DNA of 61,050 nt, the filler included, from Circinaria calcarea (lineage: Eukaryota), in NCBI GenBank assembly GCA_051942165.1. It is 16 parts of 16 records of this genome, joined end to end, with 100 filler letters (N's around TTAATTAATTAA, not from the genome) between each part and the next. Parts side by side here need not be neighbours in the genome. Positions count along the whole stretch, not along the records: positions 45,934 to 49,643 come from JAVECS010002658.1; positions 49,744 to 53,450 come from JAVECS010002659.1; positions 53,551 to 57,250 come from JAVECS010002660.1; 13 more parts are not named here. One strand, written 5' to 3'. The notes beneath the pieces are model-generated. The model searched no databases and was not told the DNA's origin. It was given only the letters and a program-made list of their open reading frames with translations. The number at the start of each line of letters is the position of its first letter. The first letter of the stretch is position 1. Below are positions 46,603-57,350 of the stretch, one piece after another. Both the position numbers and the translations under genes were made by a program.

Positions 46603-47097
46603 CGTACCGTCCTGTCACCGGCACTTGTGCAGCTTCGACATCATCATCACCAAAAACACAATCAATGAGAGATCTTGATAGTTGGGACCAAGCCAGACTT
46701 TGGTCGCGCCAGCGGGTTTTGGGCCCCCTCGCCTTCGAGATGAGCGAATCAGTCAAACAACTGATGAGGGAGACTCGCAACCGGTATATGTCTGTAGACT
46801 CTGCAAAGAATATTGTCTTGCCTTTTGCACAGAGACATTCGGCGATCGAATCTGGAGCAACGGCTCAGAACAACCAAACATCTCAGCATAGTTTCGGAAC
46901 GGGACTAGAAAGTATACTCCTCCCAGTCTGGCTGCTTCTGGGTATCGCTAATCACCTCTGTGCCTCGGTAAATCCATATGGTAGGCCATGTTCGACCCAC
47001 TCGTAGTATTCACGTTTTGTGATGGAGAAGCATTTCTCATACATTAACCCAAAGGCAGCAGTTTACCACTCGACTTACGGATGAAATCTAGAGCATT

Positions 47098-48608
47098 ATG
47101 TCTATCAATCGAATTGCAGAACTGTCATCTATTATTGCTATCAATACCAATAATATCAACAGCTTTCTTGCTGCGCAAAACCTACCGACTCCTTCGTTCA
47201 ATGCGGACAGCCCACCAAGACTTCTCACCACGCCTCCTTTGGCTGGTTTCCGTACTGCAGTGCTGCAAGCTGCAGAGGAGCTTTCTGCTTTGGTGCAAGG
47301 ACCTATCGGACTCTTGACGACCCCACCAGTTAGTAGTGGGAGCAATACCATTTAAGTACGGGAGCTGAAACAAGGAAATAGCATAACTCTCTGATCAGCC
47401 TCCAGGCAATATGTCGTTTCAACATCGCCACAAGCTTTCCCGATAGAAAAGAAGAAGCAACATACGAGGAGATTGCGAGAACTAGCGGACTCCCTGAGCC
47501 AGATGTACGACGTATTCTGCGGCACGCCATGACACATTACATTTTTCGGGAGTCAAAGAGGGGCGTGGTTGCTCACACAGCAGCATCCAAGTTGCTGTCG
47601 ACAAGCCAATCAATGCGTGACTGGATCAGCATGATGTCTGAAGAGCTCTGGCCAGCAGCAACTAGGGTAGGCGGTGAAGCCGGTACAGGCACTGCTTGAC
47701 TATACTAAGACCAATGGCGAAGACAGTTGACGCGCTGAAGAAATGGCCGGGGTCCCAAGAGCCAAATCATGCGGTACCTAATCTCCTAATATCCAGGCAC
47801 AGATGTGCAGTTCCGGCAGACGTTGATGATATTCTATAGGGCTATAACATCGCACATAATACGGAAGATAACATCTTTGACGAGCTTTCGAAAGACCCTG
47901 CAAGGGCACGGCGCTTTGCGGGGGCAATGAGTCTGTTGAGTCTTGATGAGGGATATAGTCCAAGGCATTTAGTCGACAATTACCCCTGGGCTTCCATTGG
48001 CGAGGGTACTGTTGTAGACGTTGGGGGCTCCCACGGTTCCTTCAGCCTTGCAATCGCCCGGGCATTTCCTCTCACCTGTATCGTCCAAGATAAGCCCGAA
48101 GTCTTAGCTGACCTTACTACGGCAGTACCGACCGACTTGGAAGATCGCTTGAAATTCATGGCCCATGATTTCTTTGCTGAACAGCCAGTACATAATGCAG
48201 ATGTTTACCTTTTCCGGTGGATTTTTCATGACTGGCCAGACAAGTATTCTATTCGGATTCTGAAAGCGTTAATCCCAGCTTTGAAAAAGGGGGCAAAGAT
48301 AGTGATTCATGAGTATGTACTACCTGAGCCTGGTGCAATACCATTGCTTCAGGAACGGCAATTAAGGTTAGGAGAGTCCCTTGATAAGCAGCAACCTTAA
48401 CGGAGGCTCCCTGCTAAGGCAACATTCGCTTACAAGATTCAGAGCTTTCGACCTGGCAATGTTAGAGCAAAGTAACGCCAAAGAACAAGAGTTGGGAGAT
48501 TGGGCTAATTTGTTCGAGAATGCTGATTCTCGCTTCAAATTTCTGGGTGTAAAGCAACCACCATCCTCACGATTAGCTATCATCGAGGCTATGTGGCAAC
48601 CTGAATAG
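47098..48608 (+). CDS. SAM-dependent O-methyltransferase (OmtA-like, secondary metabolism), multi-exon
   Basis: RRILRHAMT..IFRE...VAHTAAS, VVDVGGSHG, MAHDFF.EQPV.NADVYLFRWIFHDWPD and FDLAML...AKE. Confidence 0.92.
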
Positions 48609-49135
48609 AAACCAACAATGTCACTGCCCGCTTAAGGTGGCCTTGGCTAGGCGGAGTCGACGCGGTTTTGTCCCGGATGAAGATAATGCTTCAAAATCAG
48701 ATCAAGCAGAATGCGTACCATGTAGTATGCTTTACTCGCGATAAATCTTTGCGGGCTAAACACCCCCAGCATCGCACCGCCATGATTATATACAAGAAAA
48801 GAAAGAAGTCTCTATAGCAATCCAACGTCCTATACGAGGGGCCTTAACCACCAGGTCATATGTGGCACAGGATTACTAATTTATTACCAATGGGATCGAT
48901 CGGCATCCTTGTATATTTCGCTGCATAAACGTTACAGCGCTAATAAGCTAGCCGCGATTACTCAAAGCGCTCAGCAGTACTAGGAAGAGTTAGTCTTGCA
49001 CCCATGCAAGGCGTATAAAGTCTCATCCTGTCCTGCCAGGGCTTTATTCTTTTAAAAGTTTATTTCTCCATACGGAGTGCCTATTCTACACATGTTGTAA
49101 TCGTTGAGAAAGACTTAAAAATTTATACTATTGCA

Positions 49136-49643
49136 ATGCCTTTTCTATATTATTGTCTTATCGCCCTGCTCTCTTTCGCGCTGTTCGAAGGTACTCGAGA
49201 GATTTTCCGTTATTGGACTCGCTTTCAGATTATCAGAAAAAAAGGTTGCAAGCCACCTCCCTCACTCTCTCAGGCCCATTTATTTTTCGGGCTCGATCTT
49301 CTCTTCCAATTCCTCCGTTCCGTCAAGGAGAATCGGGTAAACCTGTCCTTGCAGAGCCAATTCGAGAGATATGGCTCCACCTTCCAATCAAAACTCTACG
49401 GTACGACCAAATTCTTCTGCATTGAGCCGCAGAACATCCAAACAGTCCTCATGAAAAACGCCCGGAGTTGGGGCCTGCAGCCGATCCGGCTGTTTGCGCT
49501 GGAGCCGTTTGCAGGCAAGGGCATCATGAACACGGATGGCGTTTTCTGGGAACACTCGCGCGCTCTGATCCGGCCGATCTTTGCCCGCGCCCAGATTGCG
49601 GAGCTCCACCTGGTGGCGTTTCATAGGCACGTGAACCGGTTTC
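49136..49643 (+). CDS. Cytochrome P450, CYP52 clan, N-terminus (3' truncated)
   Basis: TM anchor, GCKPPP, FGLD, FERYGSTF, EPQNIQTVL and GKGIMNTDGVFWEHSRALIRPIFARAQI. Confidence 0.9.
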
Positions 49644-49743
49644 NNNNNNNNNNNNNNNNNNNNNNNNNNNNNNNNNNNNNNNNNNNNTTAATTAATTAAN
49701 NNNNNNNNNNNNNNNNNNNNNNNNNNNNNNNNNNNNNNNNNNN

Positions 49744-49877
49744 GGCGGATTGCAATTTCACCATGCGCGGGGTTAAATCCTTTGCATACGACTTAAATAC
49801 TCGCCCAGGTCGTGTACGCGGTAGAGTAGCCTTGTCGCTACGATCCGCTGAGCGTAAGCCTGGGGCGATTAGATTTG
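49744..49877 (+). rRNA. 28S (LSU) rRNA 3' end
   Basis: GGATTGCAAT...AAATCCTTTGCATACGAC...GTAGAGTAGCCTTG..GCTACGATCCGCTGAGCGTAAGCC...TAGATTTG matches the conserved fungal LSU terminus. Confidence 0.88.
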
Positions 49878-49944
49878 ACTTCTCTGGAAGTATTCTCCCC
49901 ATTCGTCCCTCCACTATTAGTGGGTGTCGGAAGGGGGGAATTCC

Positions 49945-50055
49945 GGGTTCAGTGGGTTCAGTGGGATCAGTGGGTTCAGTGGGTTCAGTGGGTTCAGTGG
50001 GTTCAGTGGGTTCAGTGGGTTCAGTGGGATCAGTGGGTAATGGGTAATGGGTAAT
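49945..50055 (+). repeat. (GGGTTCAGT)x10 followed by (GGGTAAT)x3
   Basis: Tandem repeats read directly, about 70 bp after the 28S end. Confidence 0.95.
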
Positions 50056-50169
50056 GGGGAGGTAGGAGGAAAGAGGCCTGAGTGGGTTTTAATGAATATA
50101 TAAATCCGCGAGGAAAAAAAATCAGAAAATTAAAATAAATAGGAATAGATCAGGGTTTATTTTAGAGAA

Positions 50170-52016
50170 ATCTCACCGCCGGGTAAGAAAAGTTTTTCCC
50201 GGGGGTGAGAAATAAAAATGTATTTACCCGGGGGTGAGAAAATGAAAGAAGTTTACCCGGGGGTGAGAATTTACACGGGGTGAAAAAAGTTACCCGGGGG
50301 TGAGAAACTAGGAAGGTTTTACCCGGGGGTGAGAAATTAAATTGTATTTACCCGGGGGTGAGAATCTATATTGGGAGCGTTTAGCTCGGGGTAAAAAGAT
50401 GGAAGAATTTACCCGGAGGTGAGAATTTGGTTGTGTTTTCTCACCCCCGGGTAACTTTTTATTTATTTACCCGGGGGTGAGAAAAAGTTAAAAAATACTT
50501 ACCCGGGGGTGAGAATTTATACTGGGTGAGAAGAAAGTTACCCGGGGGTGAGAAATGAAAAAGTTTACCCGGGGGTGAGAAAGCAAAGAATTTACCCGGG
50601 GATGAGAAAGTGAAAGAATTTTACCCGGGGGTGAGAAAATAAAAATATTTACCCGGGGGTGAAAAACTTAGAAAAAGTTGCTCGGGGGCGAGAATTATGT
50701 TTTTCGATTTACCCGGGGGCGAGAATTTAGAAGTAGCCAAGGGTGAGCATTTAAAGGAAAGTTTATTTGCCCGGGGGTGAGAATTAAGAAATTACCCGGG
50801 GGTGAGAATTTGAAAAAAGAATTTACCCGGCGGTGAGAGTCTGGAAAGAAATTACCCGGGGGTGAGAAAATATTTTTCTATTTTACCCGGGGGTGAGAAA
50901 TTGAAAGGGTTTTACCCGGGGGTGAGAAATGAGAAAATAGTTACCCGGGGGTGAGAATTTAAACGGTGGTTATTCGAAGGTAAGAAAATAAAAGTTACCC
51001 GGGGGTGAGAAAGGAAAAGAATTTAAAAAACCGGGGTGAGAAATGAAAGAGTTACCCGGGGGTGAGGAAATGGAAATGTTATCCGGGGGTGAGAAATTGA
51101 AAAATGAGTTACCCGGGGGTAAGAAAACAAAAGTTACCCGGAGGTGAGAAATAAAAAGAATTTACCCGGGGGTGAGAATATTTTGTTATTTCTCACCCCC
51201 GGGTAAATTCTCCGCTTTCTCACCTCCGGGTAAAACTTTTACACTTTCTCACCCCCGGGTAAAACTTTTATTTTTTCATCCCCGAGTAAATAATTTATTT
51301 CTTAACCTCGAGTAATGTTACCGTTTAAATTCTCACCCCCGGGTAATATTATAAATTTAATGTTCAAAATTTATATTTAAAATTTATATTTATATATATT
51401 ATAGAAAAAATAGCAAATAATAATTAAATTTTATTTTAATTTAATAATTTTAATTAACGGGCTGAATAAAAAATAAAAATTCGATTTTATTGTTTATTTT
51501 TTTATATATATTTTTATATTCCTGAATAAAATTAAATTCTTATTTAAAATTTAATTAATTTTATAATATATATTATAATCTAAACAAGAATATAAACACG
51601 AAAATATTAAAATTGTAAAACGGATTTTTTTTAAATTAATATTTAAAATTATAATAATTTTTTTATATGTAATTATTTAAAAAATATAAAATAAAAATAA
51701 ATTTTACTCGATGAAGAATTTATCCGGGGATGAGAAAATAATATTACCCGAAAATTAAAAATTTAAAAGAAATTATCCGGGGGTAAGAATTATAATTTTC
51801 GATTTACCCGGGGGTGAGAAACTGCAAAAAAAGTTACCCGGGGGTGAGAAAATGAGAAAAGTTACCCGGGGGTGAGAAAATGAGAAAAAGTTACCCGGGG
51901 GTGAGAAAATAGAAATATTATTTTCGATAGTAATAATAATATTAAAGGGATTTAAGCTAAAAAGAGTTTTACCCGGGGGTGAGAAAAATTACTATTATTT
52001 ACCCGGGGGTGAGAAA
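50170..52016. repeat. rDNA IGS subrepeat array, about 50 copies of TTACCCGGGGGTGAGAA with short variable A/T-rich linkers
   Basis: Period is about 27-32 bp. Most copies are forward. Inverted copies lie at about 50171, about 50440 and 51190-51346, and an AT-rich gap lies at about 51350-51700. Confidence 0.95.
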
Positions 52017-52399
52017 GCTGAACTTCCGGCGGCGGCAGTAGTATTGAAAAACAATATGCGGAAAGGCAGCGGTAACGGAGATTTTCCATGTCAGCCAAGT
52101 GGGCACGGAATTATCACGAAGTTTGTATGTAAAATGGGCATTTAACGTTCATACATACCAAAAAGCCGCCATCTGTAAATCTTTATTCGCCCCCGAACAT
52201 ATTTTTATGTTCGACCGAGCCAACCCTTGTCGGAATATACATAAGGTGGAAGCAAAAAAAAAAAAAAAAATTCATTGCACACTCAGATTGCGCGGGTTAT
52301 CCTCTGAGTGCCGGACCATTAGGCGCCCATAGGCCCAGAGGTATTGGGGACCCTGCCACTGGTGACCGAACGGATGTGACACGAACCGGCCCGTCATAG

Positions 52400-53333
52400 C
52401 ATTCAGAGTGAGTTGCCGGGCAGTCTGCTGTGCTGGTGAATTTTTATTTTTATTTTTTGTTTCCGGGTGGTCCCCTAGCAGGCTTGGCCGCCGTGAGTCC
52501 CACGGCCTGTTCATTTCTTGCTAGCCCACTTGCCGGGTACCGTGTTGGGGGGGTCGGAGTAATGGGACGCTTAAGTCCCGGCCGAGATCTTACTGAGCGC
52601 GGAGGCCGAGCACTGACTTTTGTCTCTCCCCTTTCCGCAGTTACCCACCATGAAAAAAGATCCTCGCGGGCAAAATGATTGGTGTGTGATTGTGGGCAGG
52701 GGCCGACGTTAAAACCGTCCATGAAAATTGGACTCCTAGGCGCAGGTCACTTGTCCCTTGGCCGTGGGACCACTCTCCGTGGGCCGAGTTCTCTTCGGAG
52801 GCTCCGGCTTTCGGGGTGTGGGCCCCCCTCGCCGGCTCGCTCTGCCACTCCCCTGAAAATTTGACGGGAAGTAGCCGGGCGCGCCGGCACACTCAAGTCC
52901 CCTCGGACCGTGCTGCGGTTCGGGGGGCACCGTGGGAGTCCGTGGGTGGTTGGCCGATGGCCATCACTAACGGATATAGAAACGTTTGCGGGGTATGCCG
53001 AAGCCGGTAACCGTCCTCCGGGGCGTGACCCGATGGTTGGTGACCTCTTTCTGAAAGGGATATGCAGCAGGCCACCGAAGTTCCTTGGCGGGGATGAGGT
53101 CTGATCATGCTGCGGACTCCTTTTTGGGGAACTCAGTGGGGGCAATTGGAACGCCCGCACTGCGGCAGCCGGTGAGCCAATCCTCCCGCCGGTCGTGGTG
53201 TGGGTCGGGGGCACTGGGCGGTTTTTTTTTTCGCTCGGTGTTCTCGGACTCTGTAATATATTCTGACCCGCTCCTTTCGGGGTGTGTCTACCCGGGTGTT
53301 ACGCTGACGCGCGGCTTCCGGGGAAAAGATAGT
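52400..53333 (+). other. rDNA 5' external transcribed spacer / Pol I promoter region (5' boundary approximate)
   Basis: GC-rich, hairpin-prone sequence ending in ...GATAGT immediately before the 18S start. Confidence 0.7.
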
Positions 53334-53431
53334 TACCTGGTTGATTCTGCCAGTAGTCATATGCTTGTCTCAAAGATTAAGCCATGCATGTCTAAGTATA
53401 AGCAATCTATACGGTGAAACTGCGAATGGCT
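53334..53431 (+). rRNA. 18S (SSU) rRNA, first 98 nt (exon 1)
   Basis: TACCTGGTTGATTCTGCCAGTAGTCATATGCTTGTCTCAAAGATTAAGCCATGCATGTCTAAG...GTGAAACTGCGAATGGCT. Confidence 0.98.
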
Positions 53432-53450
53432 CTGACATTAGTGGGCCGTT
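53432..53450 (+). ncRNA. 5' end of a group I intron at SSU position 114 (E. coli numbering)
   Basis: The sequence departs from the conserved CATTAAATC right after GGCU. The internal guide TTAGTGGGCCGTT can form P1 with the exon and P10 with the expected 3' exon. Confidence 0.8.
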
Positions 53451-55499
53451 NNNNNNNNNNNNNNNNNNNNNNNNNNNNNNNNNNNNNNNNNNNNTTAATT
53501 AATTAANNNNNNNNNNNNNNNNNNNNNNNNNNNNNNNNNNNNNNNNNNNNCAACTGCCTGTATGTTGAGGTCCTCGTTTTGAACAGTCTCCGGCGTTGCG
53601 TTGTTGCGATCGTGGCTAAAGATTTGGTGTGAAGCTCTCCGCATCAGTCCACTGGGGAGAACGACATTATGGACATCTTGGCTCTGATGCCCCTGCTCGG
53701 GTGGTCTGAAAAGCATGTCAAGTAAACCGTAAGGGCCTTGGAAACAGAATTATTCTCTGAAAGACGAAGCATTCACATATAGATAGAATACATGCCGTAA
53801 CCTCTCCTATGCTGTAGATGATGCATGCCACCAATATCAGAATACAAATAGAGATCGAAGGGGATAGATCTGAGCTTTAGTGCAAGGTAGTCTAAGGGTA
53901 TGTGGACCATAGCTTCCAGCTATCCAGGCCAACAATGTGAAAACGTGCCTGGTACAAGACCGACCTTGTGGGTCGATCCTTGAACCAGTGATGTCCTAGC
54001 AGGGAACCTTTGATGCATGGAGACTCAAATGGTCCTTTTCGGTCTGATCTACCGGATCTTCGTCCGGTGTGGCTAGCGGGTACCATTCCAGATGTATGTA
54101 GCCATGGCGCCATACTACGCAGGGCCTTTGCCCTATTTCCTTTTCTCCTCGGGGTGAACATGAATCAGTAACTTTCCCCAGGAAGGGCACAGCCGAAGTT
54201 GATTCTCAAACAGGGATCAGGGCAGCCCTAGAGCGATCGCCGGTTCAGGCTCAATCCATAGTACAGTGAGTACACGAGGTAGAGTCTGTCTTCTCTCATG
54301 TGAGATGCCCACATGAGATGCCCATGTGGGCTTACTGCTACCTTGATACCATCCCTTTGCATATCGTGTTCGGAGCAATTCCAAGCCGTCCATTACAGAG
54401 GACAGCCAAAAACGAAAGGGAAGCAGTAAAGCACATAGGTCCAGAACAAAACAAGCATAGAAACTATTACAGTAGCGACGGTAATAACCAGGTAAGTACT
54501 AAAAGAAATTTATAATGGTGATATTAGCAATCGACCTCGGAGGGTGGAGTTTCAACTGTCATAGCTAGGAGAGTGGATTCGGGTTTGCCTCTGATCCACA
54601 AAAGCCACAGTTATACACAGATAGTTAGACTCCCGTCGAATGCGCTCTCCTTGATCACCGAATAGGGTATAGGGTTTTTGCTGTTGCTGGAAAAGAAAAT
54701 GCTTTCGGGAGTAAGGGCTTTTTTAGGCTTTTAAGATTTACCGCTAAAGTAGATCGATCTGGTCGGCCCTGCCGTGGCGTCCAAATACTGCGAATAACAA
54801 CGTCATGCAAAGGGAGGGAACATGTTTACGTGAAGAATCTGCATGATTGGGCGCTGGGCGGAAAATGGGCGGAACATGGGCGGAATTGGGGGAAAGAAAG
54901 GAGAGAACTGGCTGAATGAGCGGAGGGTCATTGCCTGACGTCATGATATTCCCCTCCGAAGCTGCGTTTCCAACGTCTCTGCATATTCACTAGTATAGCT
55001 ACCTATTCCGCGCACAGTTGTACTACGGTTATCGCAAGAAGTCTCCATAGAGACGGAATCAGTGTGCCTTTGTGCTGTCCGTATTAGTCGGTCTGACGCT
55101 CCTGGCTTTCGACATCAAAAGCCTGAGTTGGGAGCGGCAAGTCGGGTTGCAATGAGCGGTATGCAGAAGTCGTTCCCGATGAGAGGATCAAGTGTATCCC
55201 TTAAGATGTTGCTTCAAGCGGACCGAACCGTGCCACCCCAGCTTCCCAGCCTTGTTCGACCAATCCCAACCCTGTATTCAAGTAATGCACGGTTCGGTCC
55301 GCTTGAGCAACACCTTAAGGGATAAGGGGTACTCCGTCCTATCCCTTAACCTGTTGCTCTGGCAGCATGAACCGTGCACGCTATACTAGTAGGGGGGATT
55401 TTTAGTTTCCCTGCACAAATTACTTTGTAAATGGGCATTTCTTCTCCGCTAATTGGCCAGAATTAGAATTTTTATCGGTACTCGAAACCCCCTGTATCG

Positions 55500-56810
55500 T
55501 GCACGATTCGTGCTGCTTGAGCAACTCTTTAAGGGATATCAAGCCCTCGAAACGTCTCAAATCACGGTCGCCCGCACCGCCTCAGGTCTGCTGCATCCAA
55601 GGTGGAAATCAAGTTCGTAACAGTCCAAGTTCGCCCACGAAACTGAATATAAGGTCCGCTGATGGGTTTAAGCGTCGCGGTAAAGGAGATGATGGCTTTT
55701 GTCTGTTATGCGAGTCGAGGAATGTGGCGAGGGCACGGGTGTGGTTACCCCAGATTCGATGTTTTGGGGGTCCAAAGCCGAACGGAGCCGTGATGCGACA
55801 GCGCCCAAGGGCTCCTCGATCAGCTTCTGGAGCGTGGACGTATGATACATCATATTCTGCACCAGTCCCGGGTACATCTGTGAAATATCCAGATATTGCC
55901 GTACGTTGACAGCGCGGGCGAAGATGATTCGGCTGTGGGATTTAAGCGGGGGGAGGCAGGCGCGGATGACGGATTGCCAGATAAAAGGCGCCGAGGGTGT
56001 CGTAGGTGAAGACGTAGCCTGAGGGGACGGGTATGGTCTTCGTGGCGATGAGTTTTAGAGCGGTGAGCGAGGTGGGTGGAAGGTGGAGTGGGTCCAGATG
56101 CATTTTGGAGGGGGAGGAGGTGCCGGGTGGCCATTGGTGTTGTTGAAGACGGGACAAGATGGAGTAGGCTTTACAAAAATCTGACGAGCGAGATCGGAGC
56201 CTTGTTAGTAAGAGTCGTCGGGTAAGGGGATGAGGTTGCAGCGGGCAAGGTTTCCGGATGACAATTCTTCGGCTGTGAATTGTTCATGGTGGCAAGCTTT
56301 TTGAGAAGAGATGGATGATCTGGCCGTGGCCCGTCACGTCCATTGTGTTGTGCTGGCCGACAAATGGTGAGCAGGAGGCCGCCCGGGGATGAAATTGGCT
56401 TGGAGGAGGACGACTGGTGCCGAGACCGATGCGGATTCGGCGGAGCTTCCCGGGAAGGGTTTGCGAGGTTGCAACGATGGTTTTCGTCTAGCATGCCGAA
56501 GGGGAAGTTGGCTGGTCTGAGGGCGTCCATTGTTGGTATCGAAGGGGTCCTGTCTGAGATCTTTCACGACCAGACGGGGGATTTTTTCCAGCGGTTTGAT
56601 CTGGAAGATGCCTGAGTTGCCTTTGCCTGAAACCTTCGTTGACAACCTGGCCTGCTAGCCATGGGAAGCTCGCCGACAGTCGTTCGAGTAGGGTCGTCAA
56701 CGTGTCGATGATTGCTGGGTCTGAGGAAGCATGGCCCACTGAAAAGCAAGAGCATATTTGAGTACATATCTCGAACAATGGCTGCTATCCGAGAACAATA
56801 TTACGGCCGT
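55500..56810 (-). pseudogene. Trichothecene 3-O-acetyltransferase (TRI101-like, BAHD) pseudogene
   Basis: Blocks FEICTQIC, LERLSASFPWLAGQVVNEG, IPRLVVKDLR, FPFGMLDEN, LLQANFIPG, GQHNTMD (HxxxD), YPGLVQNM.YH, EEPLGAVASRLRSALDP and DFHLG..RPEAVR are spread over three frames, with stops. Confidence 0.88.
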
Positions 56811-57350
56811 TGGCGCTTTTTTAAATGGATTTCAACCGTGCCTCTGCCACGCCGTACTACGAGTCAACTCTAAATCACGGAGCAATGTTCCCAGAACAAG
56901 TCGCGCTCAGCGTAGATGTTAGAAAGTACCAAGGCAGAGCTGCAATCGGTCACTGGAAATTGTAGGTGAACCCAGGGTAGTAGCAAGGGAAGAACCATGG
57001 CACTACTTTGGCGCACCACGAGCGCTGGAAGTGGTCGGCCCTGAGCGCACCGGCTAACAAACAAAGACAATCGGGTCATATGACAGTTTTACTCATAGCA
57101 GAACATTGACAAGAAGCTGCAGAATAGTGAATCAGCCTGTTCTAAGTGTTAGGAAAACAGGTGATGGGGATGTATATGATTTGTTGTCAATCCGAGGAAC
57201 CAACATAACTCTTATGACTTTCATTGTCCCCAAAGCTACCTAATCGAATGNNNNNNNNNNNNNNNNNNNNNNNNNNNNNNNNNNNNNNNNNNNNTTAATT
57301 AATTAANNNNNNNNNNNNNNNNNNNNNNNNNNNNNNNNNNNNNNNNNNNN

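Noticed and set aside
49763..50047. GSV-repeat protein ORF
   Set aside because: This is translation of the 28S 3' end and the 9-bp tandem repeat.
50170..52016. CRISPR array (conserved repeat with variable spacers)
   Set aside because: The core is only 17 bp, the linkers are 10-15 bp and low-complexity, orientation is mixed, there are no cas genes, and it lies between eukaryotic 28S and 18S genes.
49878..53333. 5S rRNA gene inside the IGS
   Set aside because: No 5S-like sequence was seen by eye, consistent with dispersed 5S genes in filamentous ascomycetes.
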